Source of the DNA: an uncultured Rhodospirillaceae bacterium | Lineage (GTDB): Bacteria > Pseudomonadota > Alphaproteobacteria > UBA11136 | Direction of reading: 5' to 3' | DNA length: 64,000 nt | Assembly: GCA_964482135.1 (NCBI GenBank) | Contig: CAYZWF010000001.1 | Coordinates: forward strand, 11,362 to 75,361 | In this document: positions 39,112 to 47,427 of the stretch, one piece after another | How positions within the stretch are numbered: the stretch's first letter is position 1 | How the letters are laid out: every line of letters begins with the position of its first letter | Position numbers and translations under genes: made by a program | The notes under the pieces: generated by a model | Seen by the model: the letters and a program-made list of their open reading frames with translations, nothing else | Databases searched by the model: none | Told to the model about the DNA's origin: nothing

Positions 39112-39876
39112 ATGAATCATCCCCAGATTAAACAACAAGTGATTGATGCCCTGCTGCGCAATCCTGAGAAACCCGTCACGGGAGAAATAAAAGGGTGCCG
39201 TTTTGCGGCGCATATCGGTATCCCCAATTATTCCGAGAAGGTTCTCGCCCACTATCCCGAAGCCGCCTCACTGGGCCTCAGCGAAATCTGCCGCCGCACG
39301 GAGGTGCCGTATTTCCATTTCCAGCATTTCGGCCTTTTCTGTGTTTTCGAAAGCCCCGCTAAACTTCACTTATACGACGAGGAAAGAACACTCGAAGAAG
39401 ACGTGCGGGAAATGGTCCATAGTTTTGGGCCGGTTATCTTCCAGAATGCCTATCTTGACGCGGTGGGCGGCAAGGAGGACCAGCGGAATATCTTTTCGCA
39501 TCTGAATTTTCATTTTGACCGGGGATCAAACCAGCCCACCCAGTATTCCCTGTTCTCGCGGTCGCCCACCGATCCCGTCCAAAGCGCGCCGCGAAAATCC
39601 TCCACTTTATATATTTCCAACGTGGTGGCGCATCTGCAGTTTTGCCGGGAACATGGCCTCTCGCCTGAAAAAGAGCCGGGAAGGCCGCGCTATGACATTT
39701 TTCATAATGAAAAGATGAAAAAGATGATTGGGCAGGTGGCTCTGGAACATGCCTGGGACGCGCCGAAAAACACGGGCGAAGTAGCCATCATCCACAACCG
39801 CCCCCTCCTGCATGCCAGTTATTATCGGAAAAAGGGTGTGCGCGGCTATCCCATCGGCGTGCGTTATCTGAAGTAA
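39112..39876 (+). CDS. hypothetical protein, possibly an Fe(II)/2-oxoglutarate oxygenase-like fold (tentative)
   Basis: Co-oriented 146 nt downstream of the Cys-rich ORF. It contains NFHFDRG (H-x-D) and a distal IIHNRPLLHA...R motif, with spacing resembling the PhyH/TauD facial triad plus Arg. Confidence 0.35.
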   Translation: MNHPQIKQQVIDALLRNPEKPVTGEIKGCRFAAHIGIPNYSEKVLAHYPEAASLGLSEICRRTEVPYFHFQHFGLFCVFESPAKLHLYDEERTLEEDVREMVHSFGPVIFQNAYLDAVGGKEDQRNIFSHLNFHFDRGSNQPTQYSLFSRSPTDPVQSAPRKSSTLYISNVVAHLQFCREHGLSPEKEPGRPRYDIFHNEKMKKMIGQVALEHAWDAPKNTGEVAIIHNRPLLHASYYRKKGVRGYPIGVRYLK

Positions 39877-39893
39877 ACCGGAAAAATACTTGG

Positions 39894-40655
39894 TTAGGTT
39901 TTTTCGCGCATTTCCTTGGCGGTGACGCCTCCGGTGGTGCCGTCGGCGTAGGATGCGTAGCGGACGATAAAATAGTCGCGGGGGCGGGAGGTCGTCTTCA
40001 CTGATTCCCGGTCCCTCAGCGCGGTGATCCACGCGCAGAGGCGGGCGTATTGGGAGGGAATGACCACGTCACGGTAATGTTCCAGCGCCACGAAACGCTC
40101 AAAAAAAGGCGCATAACTGGCATCCACCAGGGAAAAGTTCTTTCCCATCCAGTAGGGGCCGGAACCAGGGGCGCCGGACAGCGCCTCCGTCTCAATGAAG
40201 CGGAGATGGTCCAGCATAAGGTTCCGGTATTCGTTTTGTTTGTCCGTATCTTGTTCCAGCAGCAGTTTGTAGAAAGTGACGGTGAAGCGGTTGTCGCAGA
40301 AGTCGATCCAGATTCGCGCCCTGGCGCGGTCTGCCGGGTCGCCCGGCATCAATGGCGGCTCGGGAAACACCTCGTCGAGATATTCGTTGATGATGGCGCT
40401 TTCATAGATGCATGTTTCACCGTGCCGCAGCACCGGCACCTTGCTATAGGGTGAAATCCGGAGGAACCAGTCAGGCTTGTTCTTGAGGTCAATTTCACTG
40501 AGGGTAAAATCCACCTCTTTTTCCAACAGCACGATACGGCTGCGCTGGGCAAAGGGGCAGACATCGGCGCTGATGATTTCCACCTCCGACTGGCTCCGGT
40601 CCGTGCCGGAATGGGTTTCGGGGGTGTCTTTATTCCGCTTCTTGCCGTCGGTCAT
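39894..40655 (-). CDS. glutathione S-transferase family protein (thioredoxin-like N-domain with CPFAQR active site)
   Basis: ISADVCPFAQRSRIVL...VPVLRHGETCIYESAIINEYLDE is an omega/glutaredoxin-like GST N-terminal domain. There is an alpha-helical C-domain. Confidence 0.65.
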   Translation of the reverse strand: MTDGKKRNKDTPETHSGTDRSQSEVEIISADVCPFAQRSRIVLLEKEVDFTLSEIDLKNKPDWFLRISPYSKVPVLRHGETCIYESAIINEYLDEVFPEPPLMPGDPADRARARIWIDFCDNRFTVTFYKLLLEQDTDKQNEYRNLMLDHLRFIETEALSGAPGSGPYWMGKNFSLVDASYAPFFERFVALEHYRDVVIPSQYARLCAWITALRDRESVKTTSRPRDYFIVRYASYADGTTGGVTAKEMREKT

Positions 40656-40740
40656 GGCGCACTACTCTCTTTAATTCCAGCCACGTGTTAGCATATATAC
40701 AGCTATCAAACATGATCCGGCAGAGGGGAAAGGCAAGATT

Positions 40741-41385
40741 ATGACGGAAAAAGAGCGCTTGATCGTGGGCATCAGCGGCGCGTCGGGTGTGGTTTACGGC
40801 ATCCGGCTGCTGGAGTTGTTGCGCGATTTGCCGGTGGAAACCCATCTTGTGATGACCCGCCCGGCCGAACTGGTTCTTGCCACCGAAAGCGATCTGGCGC
40901 CAAAGGACGTGCGCGACCTGGCCGATGTCGTCCACCCCATCGGCAATATGGGCGCGGTGATTTCAAGCGGATCATTCCGCACCAGGGGCATGGTGGTGGC
41001 TCCCTGTTCCATGAAGTCGTTGGCGGAAATCGCCACCGGCATGGGCTCGACCCTGTTGGCTCGCGCCGCCGATGTGACTCTGAAAGAACGCCGGAGGCTG
41101 GTGCTCATGGTGCGCGAAACCCCGCTGCATAGCGGCCATCTGCGCAACATGCTCAATGTGTCTGATATGGGTGCGGTAATTGCCCCGCCGGTGCCGGCGT
41201 TCTACGCGAAGCCGGAATCCCTGGACCAGATGGTGGACCACACGCTGGGCCGTACCCTCGACCTGTTTGGCCTGGAAAGCGGTACCGTGCGGAGATGGGG
41301 AGAAGAGGGGCCTGAAACGGGCCCCGATTTGGATCGGAATGCTGAGGCAGAGCCGGTTAGGCTGGGAAAAAAAACCGGCCTTTGA
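40741..41385 (+). CDS. ubiX: flavin prenyltransferase UbiX (Pad1 family)
   Basis: LIVGISGASGVVYGIRLLE...MVVAPCSMKSLAEIATG...LVLMVRETPLH, the canonical UbiX flavoprotein motifs. Confidence 0.85.
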   Translation: MTEKERLIVGISGASGVVYGIRLLELLRDLPVETHLVMTRPAELVLATESDLAPKDVRDLADVVHPIGNMGAVISSGSFRTRGMVVAPCSMKSLAEIATGMGSTLLARAADVTLKERRRLVLMVRETPLHSGHLRNMLNVSDMGAVIAPPVPAFYAKPESLDQMVDHTLGRTLDLFGLESGTVRRWGEEGPETGPDLDRNAEAEPVRLGKKTGL

Positions 41386-41476
41386 GAGACCGGGCGGTCA
41401 GATAGTTTATGGGGAAGCCCTCGCCAGACGGGGGGCTCTTCTTGAAGGAACCCCTCCGCCGCAAGGGAAACAGATT

Positions 41477-41572
41477 CTAGCCGATTACGCCGCCAACCCA
41501 GAGAATGGAGATCATTCCACCCGTCAGGCCGACGAGAAACGACAAGGCTCTTCTTGTGATCTCGGTTGCCAT
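41477..41572 (-). CDS. 31-aa hydrophobic micro-protein (MATEITRRALSFLVGLTGGMISILWVGGVIG)
   Basis: Perfect GGAGGACATC-ATG Shine-Dalgarno spacing and a single predicted TM helix. It is not in the ORF track because of its size. Confidence 0.4.
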   Translation of the reverse strand: MATEITRRALSFLVGLTGGMISILWVGGVIG

Positions 41573-41889
41573 GATGTCCTCCAGCTAATGTTTACGGCCC
41601 CATGATGGCCACATGATTACGGTGGCGCTATGACCGCCGTCACAGTGGAATCGGTAGAGGCCATCTTTTTTGAATAGGAAAGACGGGGATCGGAACAATT
41701 ATGTTGCAATGCAACAATAAATTTGATATTACCCCGGGAGTGACGCATTTCTAGGCCATGCGTCACAAAATAACGTTTTAGATCAGCAGAGTTTCCGGTC
41801 TTTGCGGTGCGGAAAACACAGGGGTGTTCGCCGCTTTTGTGTTTTCCGCACCGGCTTTGTGCCGGAACGGGGGGTTGGAGTAAGGTGAT

Positions 41890-42057
41890 ATGAGTATTCG
41901 AAAGCGGAAGAAGAACAGCAAGCCCCAAAGAGAGTACGAGACCAAGAAAAGGAAATGCCTTATGTGTCGGGACGAATTCACATCACGTCATCCCGGTGAG
42001 CGCATCTGCGCTTCCTGTAAGGGCACGGCAGCTTGGCGCGAAGGTCTGGCGCTCTAG
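41890..42057 (+). CDS. 55-aa zinc-ribbon-like small basic protein (MSIRKRKKNSKPQREYETKKRKCLMCRDEFTSRHPGERICASCKGTAAWREGLAL)
   Basis: ATG with an upstream GGAGTAAGGTGAT SD. It has a CxxC-(15)-CxxC arrangement after a Lys/Arg-rich N-terminus. It is missing from the ORF track (under 60 aa). Confidence 0.5.
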   Translation: MSIRKRKKNSKPQREYETKKRKCLMCRDEFTSRHPGERICASCKGTAAWREGLAL

Positions 42058-42099
42058 ATCAGAAATTCAGGAGTGATCTCTCCCCGTTGTGAAGGCATT

Positions 42100-42801
42100 C
42101 TATTCAAAGCCTTCCACGGGCAGAGGCAGGTCACTCTTCCAGGCTTCCAGCCGCTGTATATAGGGCGGCTCTCCATTATCCAGAACCCATGAATCAACGG
42201 CGAAACGTTTGCCGCTGACCGTTTCCTCGATCTGTGCGCCCCAGTGCGGTTCGAACAGACGGGGTGTCCGAAAAGCGGCATCGAGTACGCGATGCCATGC
42301 CAAGAGGCCCCGTTGTTCAAGGAGGATGAGAAAACGCGTGGTGTTCCGGGATTCATCCACGCAATCCATCTGCCCTTCGATATCGCCGTAATGGCGGGGG
42401 GGAATCAGCGATAACGAGGAGGTTCTGACCTGATTGTGTGGCTGGGATGAGGGCGCGAAGCTGTTGGGATTACGCCCCTTGTCACGATGAACGGATGTCT
42501 GTTTCCCGGCAATACGCTCAAACAGGGCGACGGCCTCCCGGATTTGTTCGCGCTCAATACGCGAGGTCTTGGCCGTGGGCTCGAACAGGCGCGTGATATC
42601 AAGAAGTTGTTCCCGCGAAAGTGTGACGGTGCTTTGCGCCTTGCAGTCCAAGTTGTGGCAGATGGTGATGGTGTGCGTGTTTGCAGCAGGGGGAACCCGA
42701 ACCTCTTCACGCGGTGTGACGCGACCGTTCGCCGATGGGCCAAGAAAAAAACTGGTAAACAGAATGAACGTCGCCAGGTGATAGGAAAGAAGCTTCATCA
42801 T
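42100..42801 (-). CDS. hypothetical secreted/lipoprotein, paralogue of 20210..20854
   Basis: Signal peptide MMKLLSYHLATFILFTSFFLG. It shares CxNLDC, DCVDESRNTT and FAVDSWVLDNG motifs with the 20210 ORF. Confidence 0.5.
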   Translation of the reverse strand: MMKLLSYHLATFILFTSFFLGPSANGRVTPREEVRVPPAANTHTITICHNLDCKAQSTVTLSREQLLDITRLFEPTAKTSRIEREQIREAVALFERIAGKQTSVHRDKGRNPNSFAPSSQPHNQVRTSSLSLIPPRHYGDIEGQMDCVDESRNTTRFLILLEQRGLLAWHRVLDAAFRTPRLFEPHWGAQIEETVSGKRFAVDSWVLDNGEPPYIQRLEAWKSDLPLPVEGFE

Positions 42802-42943
42802 GGACTGTTTCAAGACGCCTGTTGACAAATCTGGTAGAACAATCCGGGGCAAAGGAATCATAGCACTTCATTTTTTGTTAAGGAATCCCCTGCAAGGCTC
42901 CTTTTTCAGTCGGTCCTTATCCTGAGGTTCCTGCCGTTCACGG

Positions 42944-43306
42944 ATGAAGTGGGGCGGCAAAACGGGGGAAAGCGCTGTGGCGACGGAAATCTACATCTGT
43001 AAGGAAGGCCAAAGCCTTAAACAGGGGAAGATCGAATACGGCGAGATCGACTCTAAGGATGAAGCCCAGTCCGATGCTGTGGCGCGCTGTAAGCGGGACC
43101 GGAGCATCGCCAAAATCGCCTATTACAGCGTCAACGAAAACGGCGATTTCCGCATTTTCTTCACCTATAACAATCCCAACCCAGCCTCGGAAAAAAAGAC
43201 TCCGAAACCGGACGGAGAAGCCGCGCCCAAGAAAAAGAAGAAGGCAAAGCCCAAGAAGAAAAAGAAAAAATCCCTGCTGTCCCGGCTCCTTTCCCCATTC
43301 TCCTGA
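42944..43306 (+). CDS. hypothetical protein with poly-Lys C-terminal tail
   Basis: 120 aa. The C-terminal PKKKKKAKPKKKKKKSLLSRLL is encoded by an A-rich tract. Coding status is uncertain. Confidence 0.3.
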   Translation: MKWGGKTGESAVATEIYICKEGQSLKQGKIEYGEIDSKDEAQSDAVARCKRDRSIAKIAYYSVNENGDFRIFFTYNNPNPASEKKTPKPDGEAAPKKKKKAKPKKKKKKSLLSRLLSPFS

Positions 43307-43358
43307 GCGCCCCCCAGTGATTCTAAAGGACGCCCCGGCTCATCAGTCCTGAGCCGTT

Positions 43359-44498
43359 CTAGCCGCCAAGCGGCAATGTGTAGACGGGCTGGGTGCTCTG
43401 CACGTCGCCCGATTGCAGGGCGAAAAGATGATGGAGAAGGGAAAAGGTGGTTTTCGATGTCAGGTCGGAATCGGCGATATAAAACCAATGTCCCCGATAT
43501 TCCACGGATACGGCAGCACGGTCCGGCTGGGCGGCTTGGGAGCGCACCCGGAGCAGACCGCCCGTGACCTGATCCCAGTCAAAGACCTCGCCATCGGCGG
43601 TGCGGGTGACCGTGACCCTTCCCGCCTCGATATCTTCGGGCGGCACCTTCACACCCTGTGAGAGGTAATAGAGAACTCCCATGAGAGAGCGGGTCTGGAT
43701 GCCGATACGATCATGCCTGCCGGAAATATAGTTGGGAGTTACCACGTAAAAAGGTGCATCCGGTGAAAGCTCAAGGAGCTTCTGAAGCTCCCGGGTCTCG
43801 GTAGTGGTTTCTCCCTTCGCGGTAAGGCGCATGACGATGCGCGAGGAGCCCCGGTGTTCCACCGCCCCGGGGGAAGGATGTTCGAGCCTGATATTCAGGC
43901 CGTCTTTGACCTGGAGGTTTCGCATCAGATCAGTCAGGCGCTGGAATGTCTTGTATTCGGGTGCGGTGGCCGGCGTTGGCCCCGCCGCCCGCGGCGCATT
44001 CCTGATTTTATTGACCCGCTGTGCGCACATCTCGAACACACGTTCCACGCTCCACCCGGAATTATAAAGCAGCAGCAGGGTTTCCAAGGAAATAGGGGAC
44101 AGCAGCCGTTTTACGAACTGTTCCCCCTGAAGGGGTGAATAGGTGACGGTGGGGTTTTCCTCGTATTCTCCGCTGGGCCCGATCTCGAAGATGTTGGATT
44201 TGCCCCCACCATGGGTAAAGGCGCCGGCCAGCCCCGCGTTATAGGTGAACTGGGTGGCCACCGAACTGACCTCAAGGAAGAAGGGGGTGTCCCGGTATTT
44301 CAGGCGTACCAGATTAAGGAGCATCTGCTCCTCGCTGGTTTTCTGAATGGCTATATTATAGGGATTGCGATTGCCGTGAACCGTGTCCGGCCCGAAATAG
44401 GCGCATCCCGAAAGCAGGGAAACAACTGTCCCCAATAACATTCCGGTGTAAAACCGCCGTCGACTGCGATCCTTTTTTACCCGTACACCAATTTCCAT
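43359..44498 (-). CDS. hypothetical lipoprotein (about 380 aa)
   Basis: Start taken at MEIGVRVKK, followed by a TM/signal segment and an LSGC lipobox. There is no recognisable catalytic motif. The ORF-track 474-aa version is a 5' extension. Confidence 0.5.
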   Translation of the reverse strand: MEIGVRVKKDRSRRRFYTGMLLGTVVSLLSGCAYFGPDTVHGNRNPYNIAIQKTSEEQMLLNLVRLKYRDTPFFLEVSSVATQFTYNAGLAGAFTHGGGKSNIFEIGPSGEYEENPTVTYSPLQGEQFVKRLLSPISLETLLLLYNSGWSVERVFEMCAQRVNKIRNAPRAAGPTPATAPEYKTFQRLTDLMRNLQVKDGLNIRLEHPSPGAVEHRGSSRIVMRLTAKGETTTETRELQKLLELSPDAPFYVVTPNYISGRHDRIGIQTRSLMGVLYYLSQGVKVPPEDIEAGRVTVTRTADGEVFDWDQVTGGLLRVRSQAAQPDRAAVSVEYRGHWFYIADSDLTSKTTFSLLHHLFALQSGDVQSTQPVYTLPLGG

Positions 44499-44663
44499 CG
44501 CCTGCCTTTGCCCCTTTTGCCTGTCCCGAATAGAAGCCGCAAAGCCCCTCAAAGGCAAGGGGGCAGGGAAGGAATACAGACTGGAGCTTTTCCAGGTTGA
44601 CAGTGAATAGGGGCGTTCTATAGTCCCTGTTCTCAGTGTGGTTGCATAAGGAAAATCAACCCC

Positions 44664-44990
44664 ATGTCTCCCAGCCGCTATCTGGATAGGCCCAAGCGCA
44701 CTTACGAGGAAGCCGTGCGCGCAAAAGACACGTGCAACAGGGTTCGTGATGCGCGTGGTGACGGCTCCGATGAGACGGGACACGAAAGTCCCTTCTCGCG
44801 CCTCGGGGGGGCATGGCTGTCGGGTGTCGTGCTGGTGTTTGTTCTTGCAGCCCTTGCCGGATTTATTGTCCTGCCCTCTTTTATTCCCGAGGAAACCGTT
44901 ACCGCCGAGGGGATCACCACCGAGGAAATTCAGCGGTTACAGACCATCGCGCCGGCGGCGGGTCCTGGCGCTCTTCCCGATCCCAATTGA
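44664..44990 (+). CDS. hypothetical small membrane protein (108 aa)
   Basis: Single TM segment (AWLSGVVLVFVLAALAGFIVL). Its TGA stop overlaps the proposed TTG start of the downstream DUF547 gene (TTGA), suggesting translational coupling. Confidence 0.4.
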   Translation: MSPSRYLDRPKRTYEEAVRAKDTCNRVRDARGDGSDETGHESPFSRLGGAWLSGVVLVFVLAALAGFIVLPSFIPEETVTAEGITTEEIQRLQTIAPAAGPGALPDPN

Positions 44991-45880
44991 TCCCACGGGA
45001 ATTCCCCGGTCGGTGGCAGACCGGCCTCCCGGCCCTTACTTCTCTGTTTCTGTGGTTTTCCGTTTTTTTCACCGGCGTTGCCTGGGCGGCGTCCGGAGTG
45101 GAACTGTGGGAGCGTTGGGCACAATCCGACCCTGAATCCTCGGCTTCCATCACCTATGACAACTGGAACCGGTTTCTTGAAAAATACATTGTCGAATCCC
45201 CCGGCGGCATCACTCTGGTTCGTTACGGGGCCGTTACCGGCGAGGACCAGGAAAACCTTGGAAGTGAGATACACAGACTCTCGCGGGTTCCCATCAGCCG
45301 TTTTAACCGTGATCAGCAACGCGCCTTCTGGATTAACCTCTATAATGCGCTGACGGTTAAACTGATCCTGGACCACGCTCCGGTGGACAGTATCCGCGAC
45401 ATCGATATTTCACCGGGCTGGTTTTCCGACGGCCCCTGGGGGCGGAAACTGGTGACGGTGGAAGACGAGAAACTTTCCCTTGATGACATTGAACACCGTA
45501 TCCTGCGCCCCATTTGGCGCGATCCGCGCCTTCACTACGCCTTGAACTGTGCCGCGCGGGGCTGTCCCAATCTGGCGGCCATGGCCTATACGGCGGCCAA
45601 TAGCGAGTCGCTTCTGGACGCGGGTGCCCGGGCCTATGTGAACCATGACCGGGGCACCGCGTTCGTTGACGGCGCTCTGGTGGTGTCCAGTATTTATGTT
45701 TGGTACATGCCGGACTTCGGTGGTTCGGAGGGCTCTGTGATCGCCCATCTGGGGCGTTATGCCGAACCCGGACTCGCGGCAAAACTGGCAGAAGTGAGGC
45801 GTATCTACGACGACGTTTATGACTGGCGGCTTAATGATGCCGGGGGCGACGGGACAATGATGCCTCCGGTCTCTCAATGA
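44987..45880 (+). CDS. DUF547 domain secreted protein
   Basis: ITYDNWNRFLEKY...AFWINLYNALTVKLILDH...HYALNCAARGCPNL is the DUF547 pattern. There is no in-frame ATG before the predicted signal peptide (...LFLWFSVFFTGVAWA/AS), so a TTG start at 44987 is proposed. Confidence 0.55.
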   Translation: MIPREFPGRWQTGLPALTSLFLWFSVFFTGVAWAASGVELWERWAQSDPESSASITYDNWNRFLEKYIVESPGGITLVRYGAVTGEDQENLGSEIHRLSRVPISRFNRDQQRAFWINLYNALTVKLILDHAPVDSIRDIDISPGWFSDGPWGRKLVTVEDEKLSLDDIEHRILRPIWRDPRLHYALNCAARGCPNLAAMAYTAANSESLLDAGARAYVNHDRGTAFVDGALVVSSIYVWYMPDFGGSEGSVIAHLGRYAEPGLAAKLAEVRRIYDDVYDWRLNDAGGDGTMMPPVSQ

Positions 45881-45941
45881 TTTTCCTTTCTATTTCCTCC
45901 CCGCCGGAAATAGTCTTTGATGAATTAGAGGATATTGATCC

Positions 45942-46382
45942 ATGGTTCACAGAAGGCTTATTGAACCAGCGCTGGCCCGCCTCGAAGGTGAGCGCGTTAA
46001 ATATTTCTATGATCTGGTTCACGAACTGGAAAACGATCCCCGGCTCGGCGCGTCTCCAAACACGGTGTATCTGGTTCTCAAGGAAACTCTGGAGTTGCTT
46101 CCCACCAACCTGCCGCATGACGAATTGGCCAATTTCCTGTTCGATTTTGTCGCCACCAATGAAGCCCGTCTCAACCGGGTAATCTTCAGCCGGAATTTCG
46201 CCCACGATCCGTCCTGTATCCGCAGCGTTACCAATGATTTTGTTCGTCAGGTGGTGGATGTGGTGATGACCTATTACATGGAGGGGAAGATAGAGAGCCA
46301 TGAACAGAGGGTTCACCGCATTTCATGGCCGTACGATAAAAATGACTTCCCTTATCACGACGATGAAGATGACGAAGACTGA
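45942..46382 (+). CDS. hypothetical protein with acidic C-terminal tail (HDDEDDED)
   Basis: 146 aa with protein-like composition, in an AT-richer segment. No known motif was recognised. Confidence 0.4.
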   Translation: MVHRRLIEPALARLEGERVKYFYDLVHELENDPRLGASPNTVYLVLKETLELLPTNLPHDELANFLFDFVATNEARLNRVIFSRNFAHDPSCIRSVTNDFVRQVVDVVMTYYMEGKIESHEQRVHRISWPYDKNDFPYHDDEDDED

Positions 46383-46479
46383 AGAAGGCGCGGGAACCGA
46401 TGCTGGGGAGGAGAAGGCCTAAAGAAATACCTTGTCGCCTTCGGCTGGAATCCGATTTTCAAGGAGATTCCGCCTCTAA

Positions 46480-47259
46480 TCAGGCCGACAGTTTGGCGGT
46501 CTGCGCCTCATCGAACCATTGTTTGAGCAGGTCCACTGTCACGTATTGGGCGCCGTGGGCGTCTCCCGACACCAACTCAAAAGGCTTATCCGGTTCGCCA
46601 AGGTCGCTCAGAACGGCTGTGGCGCCGGTGAAATCCTCGCCTTCGGTATAGCTGCTGACGGTGACGATGGCGGCCATCCCGGCGGCAAGACTGGCCTGTA
46701 ATCCCTTGGGCGAATCCTCGATGGCCAGACAGGCGGTCGCGGGCAGGCCAAATTCCTGCAAGGCCCAGCTGTAGATATCTGGAGCCGGCTTCTTGGCGGG
46801 AACCTTGTTGCCGTCGCCGATAACCTCGAACCAGGAAAGGACATCGTTACCCAGCGCCTTGTCGAAAAGCGCGCGCAGGTTCTCTTCCGTCGTCGATGTC
46901 ACCAAAGCAAGGCGCAGGCCACATTCCCGCGCTTCCGAGAGCAAGCGGATGACCCCTGGCCGCACCCCCACGGCCTTATCTTCCACCAGTTCCGCATAGG
47001 CTTGGCTTTTGGCCTTATGCATGGCCTCAATGAAACTATAGAGATCGGGGCGCGAGGCCATTTCGGGATGGGTGCGGTCGATATAGTGGCGAATTCGCTC
47101 GCGTCCGCCGCTGACTCCCAACAGGTCCCGATAGATGGCCTGGTCCCAGTGCCAAGCTACCCCGAATTCCTTGAAGGCGGTATTGAACGCTTCGCGATGG
47201 GCATCCTCGCTTTCCGCGATGGTGCCATCCACATCCAACATCAGAGCCGCTAATTCCAT
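46480..47259 (-). CDS. HAD-superfamily hydrolase, CbbY-like
   Basis: LMLDVDGTIAESEDAHREAFN (DxDG[T] motif I), a motif II Ser/Thr, and motif III/IV K...DS. Confidence 0.75.
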   Translation of the reverse strand: MELAALMLDVDGTIAESEDAHREAFNTAFKEFGVAWHWDQAIYRDLLGVSGGRERIRHYIDRTHPEMASRPDLYSFIEAMHKAKSQAYAELVEDKAVGVRPGVIRLLSEARECGLRLALVTSTTEENLRALFDKALGNDVLSWFEVIGDGNKVPAKKPAPDIYSWALQEFGLPATACLAIEDSPKGLQASLAAGMAAIVTVSSYTEGEDFTGATAVLSDLGEPDKPFELVSGDAHGAQYVTVDLLKQWFDEAQTAKLSA

Positions 47260-47427
47260 TTTTTTACATTCCGTGCCTGTAACGTCGGGCCTGTTCGGCC
47301 ACTTTTTTCCGGGAGAATCACGTCCGCGCAGAACCCATGATTCTCATATTGGGGGGCAGATTGTAACGGAAAGGGGCAACCAGTGGAAAGGATGTGTGCC
47401 CGCGAGACGGCGTTGCCACAAGAAAAG

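Noticed and set aside
42944-43306. Poly-lysine-tailed 120-aa ORF as a confident gene
   Set aside because: It is kept only as a low-confidence feature. The poly-Lys tail derives from an A-rich tract that could equally be non-coding, and no start context or conservation could be assessed.
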